Assembly: GCA_004284765.1 (NCBI GenBank)
Contig: NQJD01000026.1
Span: 3,235 to 35,234 of the forward strand
From: Candidatus Electronema aureum
Lineage (GTDB): Bacteria; Desulfobacterota; Desulfobulbia; Desulfobulbales; Desulfobulbaceae
DNA length: 32,000 bases
Reading direction: 5' to 3'
Shown here piece after piece: positions 19,399 to 28,793 of the stretch (its first letter is position 1; each line of letters opens with the position of its first letter). The position numbers and the translations under genes are program-made. Under the pieces are notes generated by a model, which ran no database searches, had not been told where the DNA came from, and was given only the letters and a program-made list of their open reading frames with translations.

Positions 19399-19638
19399 TT
19401 ATCGCTTTCTGATGCGCTGATACAGACGGTGAAGTTTATCTTCAAAGGGTACGAGCAGCGGGAAGATAAACCGGCCTAACGTGTGCGAGAGCAGCAGTAC
19501 CAGCTGCCCTTTCTTGTCCGCGCCATAGCTGAGGTTACCCAGCGGGATGAGTTTGTTGCACAGGAGCGTGTGGATAATCCGCGTTATCTCACCCTCGCCT
19601 AAGTCATAGTCTTTGCCGGTAACGTAGTGTTCTTTCAT
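19399..19638 (-). CDS. Small hypothetical protein (79 aa), first gene of the minus-strand operon
   Basis: ATG at 19638. The stop TAA directly abuts the downstream ATG (TAAATG). The ORF-track extension to 19854 crosses a 23-nt-period repeat and is unlikely to be coding. Confidence 0.35.
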   Translation of the reverse strand: MKEHYVTGKDYDLGEGEITRIIHTLLCNKLIPLGNLSYGADKKGQLVLLLSHTLGRFIFPLLVPFEDKLHRLYQRIRKR

Positions 19639-19716
19639 GTCAAGTTCTGGGTCATGGTCTTCATGGGCAGCGGTTCTCTCCTGCGGCTCAATCTCAGCCC
19701 TCAGTGGGAGCGTTTC

Positions 19717-19808
19717 TGGTACCGTAATACCAGCGAGGTTGGTATTACGGTAGGAGCGAGGCTGGTACCATGGTACCAGCGACGTTAGTACCATGGTACC
19801 AGAAATGC
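19717..19808. repeat. Four tandem 23-bp units, each centred on a TGGTACC-N2-GGTACCA-type palindrome
   Basis: Units start at 19717, 19740, 19763 and 19786. Unit 3 contains the perfect 16-bp palindrome TGGTACCATGGTACCA. By hand count the other units match unit 3 at 16-19 of 23 positions. Confidence 0.9.
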
Positions 19809-19924
19809 TCCCTTCTGCTTGTGAGATTATCTCATAAGCAGGTGTGGGTTGCAAGGGCGCAAGTGTTTCGATCAGTAAGCTGGGCTAATAGACTTCGTGC
19901 AGAAGCCGCAGAGTGCAGCGATGC

Positions 19925-19984
19925 AACAAACAGGGCGAACACAGGGGTTCGCTCCTACACCACGCTGGGCGGCATCTCTCGTAG
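19925..19984 (+). repeat. REP-like intergenic element, copy A (hairpin GGGCGAAC-ACAGGG-GTTCGCTCC)
   Basis: About 60 bp, roughly three-quarters identical by eye to 31621-31681. Shared blocks are AACAAAnAGGGCGAACACAG and GCGGCATCTyyCGTAG. Confidence 0.7.
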
Positions 19985-20022
19985 GGGCAGTTCCCCGTAC
20001 CTGCCCTGCTTCTGCAAGATGG

Positions 20023-22098
<2,076 letters not shown>

Positions 22099-22188
22099 TC
22101 AGCTCGGTGAATGAGGGACGTAGGCTGTCGCCGCTACTATATATGGAGTTTAAAAAGTTGTACAGAGGAATCAGCGAGACTGGCAGCC

Positions 22189-22211
22189 CTACCAGAACCA
22201 CTTTAGCTCGG
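22189..22211 (-). repeat. Left direct repeat of the island: orphan copy of the last codons of a DUF4105-type gene (AELKWFW-stop)
   Basis: CTACCAGAACCACTTTAGCTCGG matches 25541-25563 at 21 of 23 positions and 28794-28816 at 20 of 23 (hand counts). Confidence 0.75.
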
Positions 22212-22235
22212 CAAGTATCCAACGGATAAAATCTA

Positions 22236-22265
22236 TTGACAATCAGGTAGAGTATTTTGTATAGC
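22236..22265 (+). promoter_or_regulatory. Sigma-70-like promoter candidate for the three-gene operon
   Basis: TTGACA (22236-22241), an 18-nt spacer, then TATAGC (22260-22265). It lies about 100 nt upstream of the ATG at 22364. Confidence 0.4.
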
Positions 22266-22363
22266 CTTGGCTATTGATGCAACATCCCGCCAAGTTTCTT
22301 TGGCGAGTGAGAGGGTGCCGAATCTCGGTGAAAATCAGATTGTCAAGGAGGAAGCACATAGCT

Positions 22364-22780
22364 ATGCAGTGTGATTTTTACGACGCTCATGACCGTCACT
22401 GGCAGGATGCCGAGCAGCTTTTTCAGGCCCAGCGTTGGGCCAATGCGGATCATTTGTATGGCGTTGCAGCAGAGTGTGGTTTAAAGGCACTGATGCTGAA
22501 GTTCGGCATGGTTTTCAATTCAAACAAGGATATGCCTAACGATAAGAAAGATAGGGAACATGCCAATGGTATCTGGGCGCGTTATGAAAGTTACCGCTCA
22601 GGACATCAACAAGGTGTAAGCTATGGCCTGCCGTCAGCTAACCCGTTCCAAGATTGGCATGTCTCTCAACGTTATGCCCACCAAGCGGATTTTGATATAA
22701 TCCGTGCCGAATCGCACCGAAAAGGAGCCGAGTTGGTTTGCAAGCTCATAAAACAAGCTAAAACGGATGGGTTGATATGA
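22364..22780 (+). CDS. Small helical protein, HEPN-like fold candidate (138 aa)
   Basis: AAGGAGGA RBS at 22345-22352. N-terminal HEPN-like helices HWQDAEQLFQAQRWANADHLYGVAAECGLKALML and a later WHVSQRYAHQ. A canonical Rx4-6H motif is not evident. Confidence 0.6.
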   Translation: MQCDFYDAHDRHWQDAEQLFQAQRWANADHLYGVAAECGLKALMLKFGMVFNSNKDMPNDKKDREHANGIWARYESYRSGHQQGVSYGLPSANPFQDWHVSQRYAHQADFDIIRAESHRKGAELVCKLIKQAKTDGLI

Positions 22781-24072
22781 TTACCTTTGATCAAGTTCTG
22801 CCGAAAGTTCATGAGATTCTGAAGCCGCACTCAGACACGATAAGCCGGATACAGCCTGTGATTGTCAATAGAGACCTTAATGGCCGGGTGCGTTTGATTA
22901 TCCGAGAAACGATGAAAGGTAATTCAGTAGCGATGGCGGCAATCAAGACGATTGCCGCCGAACTCGCAGAGCAGCTAAAGCCGCATTCTTTCCCCGCTGG
23001 ACAAGTCGTCCTGTTTGAAGATGATGATATGGAGAGTCTGCTTGCTGCTGCGCCAACTTTTCCCTTGGAGGACATTGAAGGCGTTTACGTTATGGACCGA
23101 CTGGCCAATGAAAGCCGCTGGGCCAGCATTGCACCGCTTTCATTAGGTGTTCCTCGTGCGGTATTCTTCTCCATTAAGGGCGGTGTTGGCCGTTCCACCG
23201 CTATGGCGGTCTTGGCCTGGTCGCTGGCGCAGGCGGGCAAGCGGGTGCTGGTACTGGATTTGGATCTTGAATCACCTGGACTGTCTTCAGCCTTGCTGCC
23301 AGCCGAACGACAGCCCGCCTATGGCATTGCCGATTGGCTGGTCGAGGATTTAGTGGACAACGGCGATGCTGTATTTGAAGACATGATTGCCATCAGCACA
23401 CTTTCCCATGATGGCGAAATAGACGTGGTGCCAGCACATGGCCGCAATCCAGGCGAATACATTTCCAAGCTTGGTCGGGTCTGGATGCCCAAGATAGACA
23501 GTGACGGCAAGCGTGAAAGCTGGTCGCAACGTCTTGGACGGCTGCTGAACAAACTGGAAGAACACTTGCAGCCTGATGTCATTTTGATTGATTCACGCTC
23601 TGGCATTGATGAAGTGGCCTCAAGCTGCGTCACGGACTTGGGAGCCAGCTTGGTACTGCTCTTTGCCATCGATGGCGGACAGACTTGGTCGGGCTACCAA
23701 ATGCTGTTTGGTCATTGGCATCAAGCTGGGGTTGCCCGGGAAATTCGGGAACGTTTGCAGCTCGTGGGTGCGATGATTCCTGAAACCGATGCCGCTGACT
23801 ACTTCAGCAGTCTGTGCGAAAAGAGCTGGGATATGTTTTCCAACTCTCTTTATGACGAAGTGCCGCCCGGTGTCCCTATGGGTGAGCTGTTCAATTTTGA
23901 CAACAGTGATGAGACTGCTCCGCACTTCCCTTGGCCCATCCGCTGGCATCGGGGATTTGCTGCCCTGTCCTCTCTGCACTCGCACCTTGAGACGATAGAT
24001 GAAGTCCAAGTAGAGACGGTTTTCGGTTCCTTTATCAAAAGCTACGCTCTCTGCGGGGGCAGAATCTCATGA
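22777..24072 (+). CDS. ParA/MinD-like P-loop ATPase with a variant Walker A KGGVGRST and a 125-aa N-terminal domain of unknown type
   Basis: FFSIKGGVGRSTAMAVLAWSLAQAGKRVLVLDLDLESPGL (deviant Walker A with Arg in place of the second Lys). Walker B-like VILIDSRSG. The start overlaps the upstream stop (ATGA). Confidence 0.8.
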   Translation: MITFDQVLPKVHEILKPHSDTISRIQPVIVNRDLNGRVRLIIRETMKGNSVAMAAIKTIAAELAEQLKPHSFPAGQVVLFEDDDMESLLAAAPTFPLEDIEGVYVMDRLANESRWASIAPLSLGVPRAVFFSIKGGVGRSTAMAVLAWSLAQAGKRVLVLDLDLESPGLSSALLPAERQPAYGIADWLVEDLVDNGDAVFEDMIAISTLSHDGEIDVVPAHGRNPGEYISKLGRVWMPKIDSDGKRESWSQRLGRLLNKLEEHLQPDVILIDSRSGIDEVASSCVTDLGASLVLLFAIDGGQTWSGYQMLFGHWHQAGVAREIRERLQLVGAMIPETDAADYFSSLCEKSWDMFSNSLYDEVPPGVPMGELFNFDNSDETAPHFPWPIRWHRGFAALSSLHSHLETIDEVQVETVFGSFIKSYALCGGRIS

Positions 24073-25505
24073 CTGAAGTTAATCTAATCCGTGATGCCAT
24101 TATTGCTGCTCTTCCTGCGGAGACATCAAATTACGGTGAAGTGCCAAAAACGGGTCATTTGTATGTGCCGCCAGCTCATTTGAAAGCTCTGCGGTTAGAA
24201 AGCTGTCTGGTGGTCGGAACCCGCGGCGTAGGTAAATCGTTTTGGACCGCAGCATTGGGTTCTGAATCCATTCGCGCTGCTCTTGGACAATCAGTCTCTG
24301 CCCTGAAAACTGCCCGCGTTTATATCAGCTTCTCAGGAGTGGACAGAATTGAGGATTATCCCAATGCTGACATTTTTTCCCGCTTTTCAGAACAAGAGAA
24401 ATCGTTCTATGACCTTTGGCGATGTGTCATCCTGCGCTGGCTTGCCAAAGAAATTCTCAATCAGCAGATTCCTAATGATAGATGGGAGGACACAGCGGAC
24501 TGGCTGAAAAGCAATCCTGAAGATGCGGCCCGCATCGTTCAGCAGTCCAGCCAGAAATTGAATGATGACAATCAGCATGGGTTGTTTCTGTTTGATGCCT
24601 TGGATCGAACCAGCCAGAACTGGAAGACGATGGACAATATTGTTCGTGATCTGTTGCGAACAGCTCTCTGGCTTAAGTCTTATCCAAAACTCAGCGCAAA
24701 GATTTTCCTGCGGGAAGATCAGTTCGAGCGCACCGTGACTGATTTCCCCGATGCCTCGAAACTTCTGGCAACCAAAGCCGAATTGAATTGGGCACAGCAT
24801 GACCTGCACGGACTGCTGTGGCAGATGCTGATTAACGCCCCTGATAAGCATGGAGAATGCCTGCGGGCGGTTTATCAGAGAGTGACGGGAGCCGCTGAAG
24901 TTGAAATGAATAGCGGCTGGTGGCTGGCAGAAGAGATTAAACGGGAAAACACGATCCAGCGCAATCTGTTTAAAGCCCTAGCCGGGCCGTGGATGGGGAA
25001 AGATCGACGGCGGGGTGTGCCTTACGTATGGTCGGTCAGCCATTTAGCAGACGGGCGAGGTCGCACTTCGCCCCGCTCTTTCCTTGCTGCAATCCGTCAA
25101 GCTGCAGAAGATTCACAGGAGCGTTATCATGACTACTCGTTGGCATTGCATTACGAAAGCATTAAACGAGGAATTCAGAAAGCATCTGATATCCGTGTCA
25201 GTGAAATGGCTGAAGATTATCCTTGGGTGCGTACTTTTTTGGAACCATTAAAAGGATTGACAGTACCCTGTGAGTTCGATCTGGTATTGGAACGATGGAT
25301 ATCCAGCTTTCCATCTGGCCCTGAAAGCGCACACGGCTCTGGACTCCCTCCGCAACATGCAGCACGGGGCTGGGAAGGAGTGAGAGAAGACCTACTGAGG
25401 TTAGGTCTCTTTGAAGCGAAGAAGGATGGCCGTATCGACATGCCCGACCTCTATCGTGTCGGTTTCGGTTTAGGTCGGCGAGGTGGAGTGAAGCCTAAAA
25501 GTTAA
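24069..25505 (+). CDS. P-loop NTPase (AAA/STAND-like) with a C-terminal helical region
   Basis: Walker A VVGTRGVGKSFW and Walker B GLFLFDALDR. The start overlaps the upstream stop (ATGA). Confidence 0.75.
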   Translation: MTEVNLIRDAIIAALPAETSNYGEVPKTGHLYVPPAHLKALRLESCLVVGTRGVGKSFWTAALGSESIRAALGQSVSALKTARVYISFSGVDRIEDYPNADIFSRFSEQEKSFYDLWRCVILRWLAKEILNQQIPNDRWEDTADWLKSNPEDAARIVQQSSQKLNDDNQHGLFLFDALDRTSQNWKTMDNIVRDLLRTALWLKSYPKLSAKIFLREDQFERTVTDFPDASKLLATKAELNWAQHDLHGLLWQMLINAPDKHGECLRAVYQRVTGAAEVEMNSGWWLAEEIKRENTIQRNLFKALAGPWMGKDRRRGVPYVWSVSHLADGRGRTSPRSFLAAIRQAAEDSQERYHDYSLALHYESIKRGIQKASDIRVSEMAEDYPWVRTFLEPLKGLTVPCEFDLVLERWISSFPSGPESAHGSGLPPQHAARGWEGVREDLLRLGLFEAKKDGRIDMPDLYRVGFGLGRRGGVKPKS

Positions 25506-25540
25506 AAATTCGGCATATTGTCTATCTATCGCTGAAAGCA

Positions 25541-25625
25541 CTACCAGTACCACTTCAGCTCGGTGGAGATGGTTGCGTTCTCCGCTTGCTCAATGCCCGA
25601 TGAATAAGAAGAGGTCAAAGGAAAT
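25541..25625 (-). pseudogene. Orphan 3' fragment (about 28 codons) of a DUF4105-family paralog; its first 23 bp form the right direct repeat of the island
   Basis: The minus strand reads ...PFPLTSSYSSGIEQAENATISTELKWYW-stop. The intact gene at 28794 ends ...TSLFIGIEQAESANVSAELKWFW-stop. No upstream coding body exists: the AlgJ/X-like gene stops at 25682. Confidence 0.75.
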
Positions 25626-25681
25626 GGTGTCGATGCTGCACGGCCTGCACGGACTAAGGTACTCAGTGAGTAATACTTGCT

Positions 25682-27280
25682 TCATTGCTTTGTTGTTGGC
25701 ACAGCCTTGATGGTCAGAGAGCGGAGGAGATAGGTTCCAGTCGTTGTACCGGGATCAATGCGGATTAGCCCTTTGACATGAGGATGAGGAAGACGGAAGA
25801 GCAGCCGGTTTGCACCTTTGCGCACGTTCTGCTCGACTCTATGCTGCGGCCTGATCGTTCCCTGATCGTCAGCTGTAGTGAAATAGAGGGCAAAGTCTGT
25901 ATCCTGCGGAGCATCTACATTGACCTCCACGAGATAGCGTTCGCCGTCTGCGGGTGGAGTGAACGGCACGACAAAATAGGGATCGCTGCTGGTAGCTTGC
26001 AGCAACAGGCCGTCAGTGCTTGGTTGCAGGCGCAGATCATGCCGAAGCGACACGCTGTTGATATCCAGTGAGTTATCAACCCGCAGCCGCACCTTGTCCG
26101 AGGCCGCATACTGTGCTTCCAACACCGCAGCTGTCAGCTGTGGATCAGGCGCGATCCGTTGCATGTTCCGCGCTACCCATACGTCAAAGACAATATCAGG
26201 TTTCACATGTGAAATAAGTTGCTTCAGTTGGTCGAACGGAACGTTTGGGGAGTAGATAACTCTTTTGAAGCGTTCATTGAAGTACCGTCGAAGGCCATTG
26301 CCAAAGGAATCATGAATAACTAATGCTGTCAACTTCTGCTGAGGGCAGCCGTTGGTAGAAGGTGCTTTAGCAGCGGCCTTCCTGTCTGGTAGCAATGCTA
26401 ATTCCTGCGCCGATAGAGGTTGATCAGTACCAGCGCAGGGCTGTTTTATGTGAACAACAGGCACTGTTTCTCCCACTTCTTTCTCTAAGTGCATGAGTCG
26501 AGCTAAGTCACCAGAGAACGGTACGTTGTCTATAGAGAATTCATCCTTCGAGATTGCTCTCATCTGCGCTTCAGGGAACCATTGCTTGCAATATGCAATC
26601 ATCTGGTTGAAAGCCAGCATGGCTCCTTCGTTTGTCCAATGCGTATCCGTCTTAAAGTAAAGCTGTCTTTCTTCTTTGTGTCTCTTGAAGAGAGCATACA
26701 GATTGACGGTATCATGAAACGTGACTTCTTTGTTTGCAGCAGCAATGAATTCCTCATAGAAAGAAAGCCCTCTGCTGCGTTGTATCCGGTTCGGCAGATA
26801 AGCATCATACACAGTTATTTTATTTGGTACAGGAATAAACAAATAGCGCACTCCGATGCGGGATAGCCAGTCTCGGCGGTCAGCGAAAAGAGCGAGGTAC
26901 TCATCCATCGAGATTGCATCCGCCTGCCGCTGCCCGTAATAATCATCAATGACGGATTCTCCAGTATAAAAGAACCAGCCTTCTTTCCCTTTAATAACTA
27001 CTGGAGAAGGAGACAGATGGAGTACGTTTAAAGAGATTGCATTAGATGCCCTAATTAAACTGTCACGCAAACCGAAATGATCCTGATAAAAGATGTCAAA
27101 CTGCTTCGGAAAGGCAAGCATTCCTTGAAGATTACCCTTCACTTTTGGGAACGTTGCTAACTTTCTCTTTTCCGCTGTGGATATTTCTTTGCGAGGGCTG
27201 ACGAGGAAAAGTCCCAAGGGCACGATGAGAACGAGCAGAAAGAGAGTGGAAAGAACTGCTGAGTATATCCGATTCCCCAT
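25682..27280 (-). CDS. AlgJ/AlgX-like (DHHW-type SGNH-like) polysaccharide O-acetyltransferase with a C-terminal beta module
   Basis: N-terminal TM anchor. FKTDTHWTNEGA (the D-x-H-W catalytic motif of AlgJ/AlgX). It lies 4 nt downstream of the MBOAT gene. Confidence 0.75.
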   Translation of the reverse strand: MGNRIYSAVLSTLFLLVLIVPLGLFLVSPRKEISTAEKRKLATFPKVKGNLQGMLAFPKQFDIFYQDHFGLRDSLIRASNAISLNVLHLSPSPVVIKGKEGWFFYTGESVIDDYYGQRQADAISMDEYLALFADRRDWLSRIGVRYLFIPVPNKITVYDAYLPNRIQRSRGLSFYEEFIAAANKEVTFHDTVNLYALFKRHKEERQLYFKTDTHWTNEGAMLAFNQMIAYCKQWFPEAQMRAISKDEFSIDNVPFSGDLARLMHLEKEVGETVPVVHIKQPCAGTDQPLSAQELALLPDRKAAAKAPSTNGCPQQKLTALVIHDSFGNGLRRYFNERFKRVIYSPNVPFDQLKQLISHVKPDIVFDVWVARNMQRIAPDPQLTAAVLEAQYAASDKVRLRVDNSLDINSVSLRHDLRLQPSTDGLLLQATSSDPYFVVPFTPPADGERYLVEVNVDAPQDTDFALYFTTADDQGTIRPQHRVEQNVRKGANRLLFRLPHPHVKGLIRIDPGTTTGTYLLRSLTIKAVPTTKQ

Positions 27281-27284
27281 AGTT

Positions 27285-28706
27285 TCAGAACCGGAAGTAA
27301 ATAAATGGGTTGTAGGAATTCACCGCCAGCGAGGCGGCGGAGTAGAGCAGTATGGCGGTGATCAGCAGCAGCTTTACGGCCTGTGCAGGTAGGGCCAGTA
27401 TCGCAGTGGTTGGCTGCAAATTCTTTCGCAACCAAGGATAAAGAGGCGCACTCAACATAATTCCAGCAGCAAGGGAACAGCACCACCTGCTGTCAAGCCT
27501 CATGCTGATCTGCGGCAACATTGTGTCAGCCTTGGCAAATCCGTACATAGCTGCAAAATAGCTCCCCACATCAGCCAGCCGCTCAAGCCGAAAGAGCACC
27601 CAGCCATTACCGATCACGAAGAGTGTGTACATATGCTGCCAGAACGGATGCTTCTGATCCAGCATCTTGCCGAAACGTCCGCGTTCTACGACAAGAAAGA
27701 CTCCGTACAGCAGTCCCCAAAGGATGAAGTTCCAACTTGCGCCGTGCCAGAGGCCGCAGAGCAAGAAGACAATAAGCAGATTGAAACCAGTGCGTACCGC
27801 TCCGTGCCGGTTGCCACCGAGCGGAATGTAGAGATAATCGCGCAACCAAGTAGAGAGAGACATATGCCATCGCCGCCAAAACTCTCGTACCGAGCGGCTG
27901 ATGTAGGGATAGTTGAAATTTTCTAAGAGATGAAAGCCGAACATTCGGCCTAAGCCGATGGCCATATCCGAATAGCCTGAAAAATCAAAATAGATTTGCA
28001 AACTATAGCAAAGGACACCCAGCCAAGCAGTGCCAGTTGAAAGTGTTTCTGCGGGTAGAGTGAAAATTTGATCAGCCAATTGACCCACGGAATTGGCGAT
28101 CAGCACCTTTTTTCCTAAGCCGAAGATGAAACGTTCTGCACCTGCGGCAAAGTCAGTGAGAGTAATTGTTCGTTGTTTAATCTGCTCGGCAATATCGTTG
28201 TAGCGGACAATAGGGCCAGCAATGAGCCGAGGAAAGAGAGAGAAATACAGTCCGATATACAGAGGATTCTTCTGGGCTGGATATTTCTGCCGGTAGATAT
28301 CAATCAGATACGACAGGGCTTCAAAGGTGAAAAAAGAAATGCCGATAGGCAGATGCACTTTCTCCAATACAAGATGCTCGATACCGAACTGAGTAAGAAG
28401 CGCATTGAAATTGGCAACGATAAAATTGGCATACTTAAAGAATCCTAGCAGACCAAGATTGACAGCCACTGCCACTGCCAAGACTAACTTCTCTGTTTTT
28501 CCTCGCCGACTGATCAGCAGACCGAAGAGGTAATTGATAAAAGCCGAGGCGATGAGGACGAACACGAAAAGTTGCTCGCCCCAGAAATAGAAAAGAATAC
28601 TGCCTGCCAGCAGGAGAACATTCCGTCCCCTTGCTCCAGCACAGAGATGCGCTGCCAAGATGATCGGCAGGAAAAAGAAAAGAAAAGTTATGGAGCTGAA
28701 AAGCAT
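27285..28706 (-). CDS. MBOAT family O-acyltransferase (AlgI/DltB-like)
   Basis: FWRRWHMSLSTWLRDYLYIPLGGNR with the conserved MBOAT His. Polytopic membrane protein. Confidence 0.9.
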   Translation of the reverse strand: MLFSSITFLFFFLPIILAAHLCAGARGRNVLLLAGSILFYFWGEQLFVFVLIASAFINYLFGLLISRRGKTEKLVLAVAVAVNLGLLGFFKYANFIVANFNALLTQFGIEHLVLEKVHLPIGISFFTFEALSYLIDIYRQKYPAQKNPLYIGLYFSLFPRLIAGPIVRYNDIAEQIKQRTITLTDFAAGAERFIFGLGKKVLIANSVGQLADQIFTLPAETLSTGTAWLGVLCYSLQIYFDFSGYSDMAIGLGRMFGFHLLENFNYPYISRSVREFWRRWHMSLSTWLRDYLYIPLGGNRHGAVRTGFNLLIVFLLCGLWHGASWNFILWGLLYGVFLVVERGRFGKMLDQKHPFWQHMYTLFVIGNGWVLFRLERLADVGSYFAAMYGFAKADTMLPQISMRLDSRWCCSLAAGIMLSAPLYPWLRKNLQPTTAILALPAQAVKLLLITAILLYSAASLAVNSYNPFIYFRF

Positions 28707-28793
28707 CGGCAGTTTCTTCCGGTTAAACAGGCAGCTAAAATTTTCGGCATTGTAGCGGAGAACCTACCAGAATGCAACTGTGGTATTTTGCAT

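Noticed and set aside
19639-19854. Upstream 72 codons of the 151-aa ORF 19399-19854
   Set aside because: This stretch runs through a 23-nt-period tandem array, which is incompatible with a codon period. The same DNA unit is read in different frames, and no RBS precedes 19854.
19931-19965. tRNA-like string GGGGTTCGCTCCTACACCA
   Set aside because: Only a T-loop-like GGTTCG and an ACCA coincide. No acceptor, D or anticodon stems can be drawn. The segment is the hairpin of a repeated REP-like element.
22212-25540. Search for an integrase, transposase or recombinase inside the repeat-bracketed island
   Set aside because: Only the three operon genes fit in the interval, and none shows tyrosine or serine recombinase or DDE motifs. 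The island cannot be called a self-mobile element.
28764-28774. A further short match (ACCTACCAGAA) to the island direct repeat, just downstream of the DUF4105 stop
   Set aside because: Only about 11 nt match, which is within chance expectation, so I do not count it as another repeat copy.
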